DNA of 64,000 nt from contig NW_020843530.1 of NCBI RefSeq assembly GCF_003704095.1, positions 1 through 64,000 of the forward strand, in the 5' to 3' direction. The notes beneath the pieces were generated by a model. It saw only the letters and a list, made by a program, of their open reading frames with translations, made no database searches and was not told the origin of the DNA. Below are positions 49,997 to 61,404 of this stretch, in pieces (the first letter of the stretch is position 1; each line of letters starts with the position of its first letter). This DNA comes from Pocillopora damicornis. Its lineage: Eukaryota. The translations under genes were made by a program, and so were the position numbers.

Positions 49997-51451
49997 ATGA
50001 GGAAGAGTGCGGCAGGAGAGTACATCAAAGGCTGCTTCAGACCAGTCCGTGTTCTCTCACTGCTTCTTCTCGTCATTACTCTGATTGTTTTATTCAAAGA
50101 ACTTTGGAGGCGAAAGGAACCTGCAAAGAAGCCTCCTCCACCAGCTCTTGACCTTGGCTGCCTGTATACAGTACACCCTCCACAGGGAACCCAGGCGTGG
50201 CAGCTTATATCATTCATTATAAGTCCAACGCCAAAGCAAAAATGCCATGTTGATGCGTGGAACACCATCTGTGGCACGGGGCATGGTGCCTCCAACTTTC
50301 GAATACAAGCCTTTGGTTCTCATGAAATGGTTACAGGAAAAGTTCATCACATTGCAAATGATACTTACAACGCCACTCTGTTGTTAACTTTCGCGGATGA
50401 GTATATAATCTTGGTCATTTTGACTTATGTAAATAACGACAGTCTTGAGTATCGATATCACGCGAGAGCTGTTTTGCAGCATGTGCTGAACAGTCCCTTT
50501 GATCTGACTGTTACCCGGGGTCCGCCTCCGCGAGATCACACTCGTTATTGCACTCGGGAGGAAAGTGGAACTTTCCAAGGAAGGTGGGTGGAATGCGGAA
50601 GTATCCCAGGAATCGAGAGATGCGGTCAATGGCAGCTTGACCCCGCCTACGACTTCGATCAAATCCACGGTTTCCATTGGCTGCCATATTTTTGCCAGTT
50701 GCATCACTACAGCAGCGATGAGATCAAAAAATGTTTTGCAAAGCAAGGTTGGTCCGAGGTCGTTTTCACCGGAGACTCGCACATGCGCTATAGAACGTAT
50801 CACTGGGTGACACGACTGCATGGCTCCTGTCACGGTTGTATTAAAACGCACGTAAAAATGGTGTTTGACAAGATCCCACGCATTGAGTGGGTATTTGATG
50901 CGCGTGGAACGCGATGGCCACTTACGTTTCCAAACATCTCAATGCCCCACGAGGTTTACGTCCACCCAAGAACAAGACGGTCTATGTTCTCCAAAGGACT
51001 ACCATCATCCGTATTCAGCGGTAAACTGTTTCTTATGAACTTTGGGCACTGGATTTTGCGAGAGAGCACAAAGGAAACATTCATAAGAGATAAAATTCAC
51101 GCTTTTCTTGAGGCAATTCGAGTAATGAACCGAACAGGTGAAGGGAAAAAGAGATTTATATGGTTAAACACAGTAAGTCTACCTTGGAGAGAAGATCAGG
51201 CGATGGTAGAATGGCTAGAAAATCCATCCCCGACGCGCGTGGCGCAACTAAACAGTCTGACTGACCAGGTTATCAGGGACAGTGGCGTTCAGATCATCGA
51301 TGTGTTCCAGATATCAAATAGTCGCATAGGCGCCACACACGACCAGACACATTATGCAAAGAGGATGGAGAGGGGGGACTGTGGAGGAGTGGTGGAAAAT
51401 GCCATCAGTAATGTTATAGCTAATTCTCTATGTAACTATGACAAGTGGTAA
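49997..51451 (+). CDS. NXPE / PC-esterase (SGNH-fold) family type II membrane protein, 484 aa, putative glycan O-acetyltransferase or esterase
   Basis: Intact long ORF; N-terminal TM (VLSLLLLVITLIVLF); beta-rich stalk ending HVLNSPFDLTV; WLPYFCQL..IKKC..VVFTGDSHMR (GDS nucleophile); MNFGHW; HDQTHY (DxxH); terminal NSLC. A strong acceptor at 49961 implies an upstream non-coding exon (candidate donor GTAAGT at 48869). Confidence 0.85.
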   Translation: MRKSAAGEYIKGCFRPVRVLSLLLLVITLIVLFKELWRRKEPAKKPPPPALDLGCLYTVHPPQGTQAWQLISFIISPTPKQKCHVDAWNTICGTGHGASNFRIQAFGSHEMVTGKVHHIANDTYNATLLLTFADEYIILVILTYVNNDSLEYRYHARAVLQHVLNSPFDLTVTRGPPPRDHTRYCTREESGTFQGRWVECGSIPGIERCGQWQLDPAYDFDQIHGFHWLPYFCQLHHYSSDEIKKCFAKQGWSEVVFTGDSHMRYRTYHWVTRLHGSCHGCIKTHVKMVFDKIPRIEWVFDARGTRWPLTFPNISMPHEVYVHPRTRRSMFSKGLPSSVFSGKLFLMNFGHWILRESTKETFIRDKIHAFLEAIRVMNRTGEGKKRFIWLNTVSLPWREDQAMVEWLENPSPTRVAQLNSLTDQVIRDSGVQIIDVFQISNSRIGATHDQTHYAKRMERGDCGGVVENAISNVIANSLCNYDKW

Positions 51452-51699
51452 GGTAGTTGTTACTGATGAGTGCACGCCTCTCACGTTTAAAAGGCGACTG
51501 GATTCTACATGAAGAAGGTGAGAGATGCTTCGGGATTACCAACTTCAAATCACTTAGGAGTTGACCCAATGATCCTTAAGTTCTCTCATCCGTGACAAAA
51601 AAAAAATTTAAAAGACAAAACGAATAAATGAATAGATGGATAAACGAGGGCTACCTAAAGCTGGATATACCCTATAGGTGTAAATGAGTCATACTGTCG

Positions 51700-54600
51700 T
51701 ATGTCAAGCTTTTGGCCAATGATCATGTAAATGAAAATGATAAAGGTTAAGCCTGGTGATTTTATTGAAGATGAGGCATAGGCATACTCGAAGAAAAGAA
51801 AAAACTCCGAGTTCTCTTAGGGACTCAAACCTAAAATCTTCGTATTAGTACTTCCGGTTAGTACTTCTACTACTGAGAACTACTGAACTATAGGAGACTC
51901 GTAGCAGGCTTGGCCGTTCAACTAGGTTTTACCTGTTTCCGGCTTATTGCTGCCATGACGGTGTAAAGGAAAATGGTACCATGCATTTCAGATGCTTTAC
52001 CACTGAGCCATAAGAGACTGCAGACAGGCTTGGCTGTTTAACCAGGTCCATGGTTCTAGCATATTGTGTTCTGTCATGCGTTGCTTTACTCCCGTGCGCA
52101 TCAGGCATGCCGATAATTCTTGGTTCTAGCGGTTGCGGTATGTGCTCGCACAGTGTTCGAGACATTCTTGTTTTCGAATAAAATAATGGTTAAACTGCTA
52201 AAGAATGCCTTGTCCTCGAGGATTTGATCTTTAACCAGGAAACGAGACTGTTAGGTCAGAACATCTTGCAAGGATGGGACTATCGAATCTAGGGCTTTTG
52301 CATACAAACGATGTTAATTGAGATGGTAAGTGTTAAGCTTGTGAAAGGAGATATATTCGATGAATGACAAAGGCTTACTCGGTGAAAAAAGGAACTTCGA
52401 ATGCTCCCAAACGGATTTGTGCCTATTCATCAGTGCTCCGTATGCTCAACCGCTGTGCTGTAGAAGAATCGTGCCAGCCAAGATGGTATATGTTAAGCCT
52501 TGAGATATAAAAGAAATCTGACGTACTCAGTGAGTGACATAGGCGAAGCTGGAGTAAAGAAAGGAAATCAGAGTATTTCTGGTGGGACTAGAGCCTACAA
52601 CCTTCTAATTAGTACTTCCGATGCTCTACCGCTGAGTCATAGCAGACTCGTGGCAGGTTAGATGGTAAAAATTAAGTCTTGTTATATAAGTGAAAGATGA
52701 TGTCATTAGGCATCAAGAGGCGCAAAGGTTATGTGAATGAAAATGGCAAATGTTACAGAGATAGTCAGAAAAAGTTTGGAAATCGGAGTCCTTTCAATAG
52801 GACTTGAACCTTGGACCCTCCATTAGTAGTTTGGATGCTCTACCGCTGAGCCAAAGGAGACAGGCTAGACAGTGAAGGCTTGTGATTATTGAACCTTGTA
52901 ATTTAAGCGATAGATGATGTATTCAATGAATGAGGCAGGCATACTTGGAGAAAAATTGGAACTCCGAGTGTCTTTAATTTCGGATCCTTTACCACTCAGC
53001 TATAAGAGTTTCGTGGGAGGCGCAATTACTATTTAAATGAAGATGGCTAATGTTAAGCCTGGAGATATAAGTAACTGATTATGTATTCAGTGAATGACAC
53101 AGGGATAGTCAGAGAAAAAAGGATAACGGAGTACTCTTGATAGGACTCGAACTTACGACCTTCAAATGAGTACATCCGAGGTTCTACCGCTGAGTCTTTT
53201 GAGACTCGTGGCAGGTTAGCGGGTTAATGTTAAGCCTTGTGATCTAAGTGATGGATGAAGTAGTCAGGGAATAAAACAGGTATACTCTGAAAAAAAAGGG
53301 AGCCCCGAGTTTCCCCAAGAAGACCCGAACCTGCGACTTTCCGTTTTATACTTCGGGTGCTCTACCGCTGAGCCACAGGAGACTCGCGGGAAGCTACATG
53401 GTACATCTTGAGCCTGCTGATTTAACTGAAAGATGAAGTAATTAGTGAATAACGCAGTGAAAAAAGGAAAATCCAAGTACTCCCAGTAGGACTTGCACCA
53501 AAGACCTTCCGATTAAAACTTCGGATGCTCAACCGCAAGGCCAGAGGAGACTCCAGTTAGGCTAGATGGTAAATGTTTAGCCTTGTGATGCAAGTCGGAT
53601 AGATGATGTATTCAGTTAATAAGACAGGTATACTTAGAACAAATTGCAACTCCGAGATTTCCCGATAGGACTCAAACCATGCGATCTTCCAAGTGGTATT
53701 GCGGATGTTCTACTGCTGAATCACAGGAGACTCGTGGTAGGCTACATGATAAATGTTAAGCCTCCTCATTTAACTGAAAGATAAAGTAATCAGTGAATAA
53801 CAAGGGAAAATTGGGAGAAAAAAAAGAAATCGGAGTACGACTTTTCGACTAGTACTTCGGATACTCGACCCTGAGTCATAAGAGATTCGTGGAAGTCTAG
53901 ACTGTAAATGTTAAGCCTTGTGACGTAAGTAAAAAAAGGTTGTTTTTCAGTGAATGATACAGGTATATGCGGAGCAAAAAAAAAAACACTTTGAGTGCCG
54001 TTAATAGGACTCGAACGTACGACCTTCCACTTAGTACTTCCATCCCCCACCGCAGAGCCGTGAGGGACTCCGGGCATGTTAAATGGTAAATGTTAAGACG
54101 GGTGATTTACTCGATTGATAATGTTTGCAATGAATGAGAGACATGGTCGAAAAAGAAAGGATCTCTGAGTGCTCCCAATAGGACTCGAATATACGACCTT
54201 CTATTTCAGTAGTACTTCCGATACCATGCCGCTGAGCCACAAAAGACTCCTGGCATGCTGGATGTTAGATGTTAATCTTGGTGTCTTAAGTTAAAGATGA
54301 TGTATTCAGCAAATGACAAAATTAGGGGACGACCTTCCGATTCTCACTTTGGATGCCCTACCAAGTTATAGAGGACTCGTTGCAAGCTAAATGGTAAATG
54401 TTAAGCTTTTTGATTTATGTGAAAGACGATGTTTTCTTTCAAGAAGACAGGCAACTCAGAGAAAAAAGATAGTTCGCGTGCGCGGCGATAAGTGAAAGAG
54501 GATGTATTTAGTGAGTGACTCAGGCATAGGAGAGTCCAATGTGATGCTTTTGCGCAATGAGCTTTGACTGGGGATAGGAAATGTAAAACCTGATGATTTA

Positions 54601-55165
54601 GGTGAAAGATGACGTATTCAGTAAATGACAGAGGCGTACTTAAAGAAAAAAAAAGAACTCCCAGTCTTTCTAGTTGCAAGCGAACCTACGACCTTCAGAT
54701 TAATACTTCGGATGAGCCTTTGGAGACGTGTGGCAGGTAAGGTAAAAGATGTTAAGCCTGGTGATTTGAGTGAAAAGTAATATATTCAGTGAAGGACATA
54801 GCCTGAAACTCTGCGGTAATAAAGAACTCCGGGTGCTCCCAATACAACTTCAACCTTCGACCCTTCGATTAGTGTTTCGGATGCTCTAGCACTGAGCCAT
54901 AGGAGAGTCGTGGCAGGACTGGCCATTTATCCAGGTCCATGGCAACAAACTTTCAGTATACTGCTAGCATGGGAATGTCGGACGTTCCAACGCCAGCAGT
55001 AGGTACAAGTGCTACTTTTGCGCAATAATGACGTAAACGAAGATGGTAAATTTATGTCTGAAAGATGATTATTCATGACCATTGCAAGAGGAAGGTGATG
55101 TATTCAGGGAATGACACAGGCATACTCGAAGAAAGAAAAACTTGCGAGTGCTTCCAATAGGAGTA
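51700..55165 (-). repeat. Tandem array of ~17-20 diverged tRNA-like (Pol III) units of ~160-180 bp
   Basis: Recurring anchor gatggtaaatgttaagcct; by-eye minus-strand consensus TCTCCTATGGCTCAGCGGTAGAGCATCCGAAGTACTAATCGGAAGGTCGTAGGTTCGAGTCCTATTGGGAG followed by a T-run. Confidence 0.9.
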
Positions 55166-58100
55166 TGTTGGAAGTTTTCATCGTGGCCTAGCCCGTCACG
55201 ACTATCTTTAAGCTCAATAGCCGAGATCATCCGAAGTGCTAATGGTTTTGAAAAAGGCCAAGAAGTATTTTATTTTCATTTACTATTTCCATTTTATTTT
55301 CATTTACAATTTCCCAACACTTAAATAAGCTAAAATGGCATGTAAAGTAAATTCTTGATGATACCCTACTATATCTAACACTACATCAATTTGTAAAGAA
55401 TGAATGTTGTTGTTGAACGGGCGAATGTGCTGCAAGTTCACCTGTCAAGACGTAAAATCTAATTTTCTTTTCTAACTTTAAAATAAGTAAAAGTAAGCGG
55501 GTGCTGAGGTGGTTAGGGAAGAGTTGAGGGGTCATAGTTTTTGCCCTGGCTTTTCTCTGTATCTCATGACGGCTTATCGGAAAAAAATTCCTCCAAACTA
55601 GGGGAATGAGTGACTGCCAAAAATGTAAAGCAAAATTAACCACCATTACGTCCCGACCTACTTAAAGTATATACCTTCCCCCAAAGGAATATAATCCAAT
55701 TAAAACATGTAGTGAGGTTATGACATCGATTATTTTCAGGCTGTTTGGTCCTCGGAGTCTTAAGTTGAGAGATCTAGTCACTAGTTGGTTAAATAAATAC
55801 CATGACATGTCCTTGATATTATGAATGTGAACATTTTCTGTACGCGGTTTTTCTTAATCGAGTTATTATCTTATTCTTGTCTAAAAGTTCTTTACAGCTT
55901 AATTGGCGATCGCTTTAAACAGCTTCAAGGGCTCTTCCAAAAATATAATTGAGACAAACACGTCAATAGATCAATAAACAATGTTGAGGAGAGTCGATTG
56001 TGGTTACTTTTAGTATAATTGTTTCTCCGAAAAGATAAAGGCGTATCCACCAAAGGGGATTTAGTGTTATCAAATGGATGGAAATGAAATTTTGAAATCA
56101 CAGACAAGTTTAGATCACCTTTCAACAGCACCAAATCTGGCAGTTATCAACCGACATGTAAACTCATGCTGTAAAAATTATATTTTAACTTCTGTCATAT
56201 TTTTTTTATCCCTATGGTATGTCTGTCCATTTCAGAGCAATTTCACGAAGTGGAACTACAACATCTAGGAACTTAGTCAGTTTCATTTAATCTATTTTTA
56301 CCTTTCAAAGACGAGTGTTCGTTAACAATTTGTGATTGGGTTCACTGCCTCCCGTACCATATCCTTCCGCCTTCCGTGCTTTTGTGCCCCTCTCCCTCCC
56401 GACTCCTGCCCTTCATTGAATTACTCCTGTCTTCAGGTTCAGAAAAAGGAACAGAAACCTGGGTTTTTGGCGAGCTGTGGCAAAACGTATCATTTTTTAC
56501 TATTTTCTTTTCAGGGGAAGGAAGTAATTTTCTCATGGTAAAAAATTATTACAAGCCAGTTTTCACTGACCTGGTTATAACAGTTTGCCCATTCGTTTTA
56601 ACATCTCACTATAGACAAGTCTCAGTCTATTAGCCAATCTAATATCTATTGCAGTTTCAAATGTGTGTTTATTTGTGTTTAGGAACTTTTAACATAATGG
56701 GATCATGCCATTTAGAAATGAAACCGAAAAGCCAAACGTAACGTTGAGAGAGTTTAGTACTCCTTTCTTAATCCATGCTTCTAGTTTTACTTAATTGCGT
56801 ATCCATGGCGGGAATTATGATGTTCACAAATCTCGTTTTCATTGTGATTCATTGTGATAGTGGTTGTATTATGGTCGAAAATAATATGTCACATTACATT
56901 GTTTAATTATTTAGATTTCGTCGAGAAGGTGAAGTCTTCTTTAAAACCAGGGGCATAGCATAAGATTTTTAAGTTACACGGACGAATAGAAAATATCGAG
57001 AGGCGAAGGCGCTCCAAATTAGGGGGTTTGGGGGTATGCTACCCCAGACAGATTTAAATTTAGGGCCCAGGAAATGCGATCTTCTGTGTTTTTTGCAGGC
57101 ATTTTTAGTATATGAAATAGATGCTAAGGAAAAAGCATCAGTAAATGTACATTATTCATTCTAATGTTATCGGTCATGGCACAACTGTGGAAATTGTACA
57201 TACATTTATACACTAGTATTATGCAGCCATGTGATTGCCTGATTCTAACGATAGGTATTTACAGAGACGTGTAAGTCTTCCGTGGAATGCTTTTTCATTG
57301 CCGCACCCAGAAAACGCTGAGGCTGATCAACATAGCCTATGACGGAATTTGACCAGACTCGCTCTGTTCGCTGGGGAATTTCGACTGTCACAGCTCGCGA
57401 GACATCGAAAAATTCATTCATGACCTATCACGTAACTGATATCACTGTTATATTGTTCAGTCGAAATGCTCGCAGAAATTGTCCTTTTTTGCAGTTTGTA
57501 TATTTTGAAAACAAGCGCTAGCTCCAGACAAACTAATAAATAGATACTCAGAGGAGACACTGTCACCTTTATGTCTTGGGACTTCAGCTAAGTCATCTAA
57601 TAATACAATCAGTATGGGCCCCAACATCGATGTAAATTGGAAGATATTGTGAAAACAGATTTCTTTCTCTCACAAATATTTCGATGGAAGGGAGAAAACT
57701 CAGTAAAACTCTCTCTAGAAAGGCTCTTTCTGGGGAACACTCGCTGGCAGTGCGAATGTCGGAATCTATCACGGCTGCTGACGATTGTTGATACAAAAGA
57801 CTTTCACAGTAAACTTCACCTTGAACAGGCACACCAAATTCAAGAATATCCAAAATACTGACCAAGAGCTACACTTATTGTGATCAAGCACTACGCTTGT
57901 TGTGACCAATGAAAGCTTTAACAACACATCTCAAGTTAAGCCTAATCTACAAAGGATTAAGTAAGATTATGAATTATCTTAAGGATTAGGTCACGCTTTG
58001 AATTATTTAATACCTTCCAATGACAACAGCTGGTCTGAAAGGAATTTCGCCTTTTACAAAATAAAACCGTCACTTTCAAAACAACGCGGGTAGACAACAA

Positions 58101-61100
58101 CTAAAGAGAAGACTGGGACAGGTAACGACTACAGTTTAATACTAATTACAGATATGATCAAACAACAACTGTTAAAAGCTGGTTGAATACTGGTAGCATT
58201 TCCGCTTTGCCAATCTTGACAAAAGTTCCAGTTTCCAAGTTGAATTTTACGTTTTTCAATGGTGTAAGCACAGCAAATTCAACAACCAAAAATCCTCTAG
58301 TTACTGAATATGATTTACCGGTGAAAAAAGGGAGAGATTGTAGAGTTTTGCGCTGAAAGCTTGAGGGATTTGAGTTGGATTTCAAAAGCAATGAAAATCT
58401 CAGATTAGCTTAAAATCTTCTCTCAGAATTGGGTTTTTTTTTTCTTAAAGAAGGTGGGATCCATAGTTCAGAAATGTCATATCTTCAAGTACATCAAGTG
58501 GTACAAACAAACGTACAGTGATTGCAGTGACATTATATCTGACAAGTTTTGATTTATCAGCGCGGATTCTGATTTTAACAAAAAAGCCAGGTATCAGGGG
58601 AGTTTAGCTGAAGCAAAAGCACGTTCAGAGGTGCCACTGATGTTCCAGAGTGGGTAAGGCACGTATTCGAATTCCGCGTTGAAATGTTCGATGAGATGCA
58701 GAGTAGCAAAACTGACTTCATTTTCTATCGATAGTAGTGCCCTAATTCTTGGCATCCTTTCCAACCTGCACGTTTCTTTGTTAATCAACTGTCCTTTAAT
58801 CGGCACTGCACGTTGCACAGAATTGTTTCAGTTTCTTACTCACAGATATCCGTGTGCACGTGGTAAGATTGGCATTTAAATCACGACGAGCGTTCGACTT
58901 GTAACAGACTTTGAAATAATCTTATTTAATTGTAAGTAGCTTCTTCAAACTTCTTTTACAAAGTATGCAAAATTGGTTCAGGTCTCATGACGAGGAAAAT
59001 GCATGATTTTTACAATGAAACTTACCATGTTCCTGGTCCAATATTTTCATCGCCCTTTCAGCTTTGTTTTGATTAAATACAGTGCACGAGAACTTTACAG
59101 GACACATTTAGCTGATAAGTCCATGTTTTATTCGTGAGAGGCAATAAATTAAGATCTTAATTTTGTTATGTAAGCAGAATATGTCATGATCGATCCTCTC
59201 ACGTGCTACAAAAATATTTACCTAAAGAGAACATGATGTTTAAAACTCTTAACAAGAACGCGACAGAAGAACTTAAACAACCTTATAACAAGGAGCAGCC
59301 GAATGACAGTATTAAATCCAACAGGAAGAATAACAGCTATTAGAATGAAATACAATGTTGCAAACAAGTGATATGAGCACCTCATGAAAAGGGCGCTTAA
59401 GCTAGTTTTGAAGTTAAAGTTAAATATCCTAAAAACATGAGATAAATAGATAATAAAGCACACGTGGCTAAAGTATGTGTGTATGACTCTAGGCTGGCGC
59501 TATTCCAGATGTAACCCAACTTGCTCGAGCACTTTTACGATCCCGTGGATGGTATTTAGATTATTTACATTGGACACAAAGACCATGCATATGAAGATGG
59601 TGGGATGTTCCTCCCTCTCACGTTCTGTACATGCACAGCTTCCTTGGGGCAGTTTAAAATAGGAACAACTTCCATCGTGTCTGATGAACTCGGTGCTTTT
59701 TTTCCTCCACGGCTGAGTCTGTTAGTTTTATTTGACAAGGAACGCTACGGACGTGCATATTATAACAAATTGACCTGGCTGTCTTTACGTCAACATTATA
59801 CAATAATAACTCCCATAGCAAACAGAAACAACTCTCATCGCGTCTGATTAATTGAGGCTCTTTTTTTATTCCTTCCTGTGCTGAGTCTATTATTTTTGAT
59901 GTCCTAATTACGTAATAAACATTTTGGGAGAAGAGTGCTGTTGTTCTTCCGGCTCAGACTGCACCACGGGCCAAGTTATTTGCGGTCAAAGATTTTTTAT
60001 TGGATTATTTTTTATTTTTTTTGTGAGAAAAACGTAGTTTCATTACTTAAATTGATTGCATTATATGAAATTAAGTATGTGATACGTGTTTCCATACGAT
60101 AGTAACAATAACAATAATAATTATTATTATTCATGAAAATTAAAGAAACTGAATATTTACCTATGACTTATTTGCGGTCATTACTCGCGAGGAAAGTGAT
60201 GCTTCACACAAGAAAACAATTAAAGAAAGTAATAGTCTGACAAATGCAAAGGCAAACATATCCGTTAAAAATCTATTGTGTTGTATCCACGTTTTTGTGG
60301 CTTTCTTCGTGGCAGTCTACGGTGTTATTAATATTAATATACATGGCGAGTAACGAGTGAAAAAATCCAGTACACGAACGAGGAAATCAAGCTTTTCAAC
60401 CAAATTGAGCTGATCCATGTACAGTGAGTACAGTTATTATAACGCGACAAGGTTTCATTTGAACAGGATCTCTAAAAAATACATGCAAACTTTATACAGC
60501 ACGAGAAAAGAGAAATCTTACTTTTCAAGAATTTTAACATAATTTTAAAACAATTGTCGTCGTCTCCGAGGCCTTGCACATCAGGGGAAACGTAAACAAT
60601 TTACCAGGTTTTCCGAAGCAGAATTTTCTCTCTATTTCAGGTTCTTATCTTTATTCTAATGTCGTAGCAAAATCACGAGCCGCACTCGTGAAATAACAGT
60701 GTTAATCCCTTTTATTGTGGATTGATTTACATCATTAGATAGGACCCACACAGACCCCATAGACTGCAATAAACGTCACAACAGAAGTTTTCATTCAAGG
60801 CGGAGGCGTTTAGAAGGTCATTAGGACAGCTTAATCGTTACATTCTTTAGCCTGGAATTTTTACCAAAGCGTGGAGTTATTCGCGTGCGCTTTCTGGCAG
60901 GAATAAATACCGTAACTTGCAATCATGAAAGATCGAAAAAATCTTTTAATCCTTAAGATTATCAAAACAACCTGAAGAACAAAAGAAACTGTGTGAATGG
61001 TTGACACTTTATTGATCACTTTACTTTTTAAACATCCACTTGGTACCCTGCGCCTTTCTCCGCTTGTCATTCGGCAAGGAAAGAAATTACCGTTTGGATA

Positions 61101-61307
61101 AAAATATCGTCATTGGGAGCTCTGTTTATTGAAAAGTAAACCAACTCCCACGACACCGAATTCCATGGTTAACCACTAAGGCGCGGTTACTGAAACACGT
61201 GCGTGACCAAGTTGACAGAATTGGACAGATATATTTATATTTAAGGAAGTCCGTGGGTATATCGTTCGACAGTTGGAGGAAGGATACAGTGGCAACCGCT
61301 TGAGAAA

Positions 61308-61404
61308 ATGGCTTTTCACATCAACAACAAATTCGCTCAAGTAGCTTTAGTGATGGTCCTCTCACTATTGCGTTTAACTTTCCAACAGCACCATCCCGGT
61401 TTCC
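61308..61404 (+). CDS. Probable first coding exon (signal peptide) of a gene whose remaining exons were not found
   Basis: AAAATGG context; MAFHINNKFAQVALVMVLSLLRLTFQQHHPGF-C|GTAAGT (phase 1); TATA-like tttatatttaa at ~61234. Confidence 0.55.

Noticed and set aside
49897-50851. Overlapping and antisense ORFs within the NXPE-like gene
   Set aside because: Shadow frames of a real coding sequence with no independent motifs.
51700-55165. Functional tRNA gene cluster or CRISPR-like array
   Set aside because: The anticodon loop is non-canonical and variable, most copies have broken stems, and the sequence between the tRNA-like parts is homologous from unit to unit rather than unique spacers. ORFs called here are by-products.
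59218-61070. Hydrophobic minus-strand ORFs suggesting a membrane-protein remnant
   Set aside because: Composition is explained by AT/T-rich sequence; no conserved motif was recognised.
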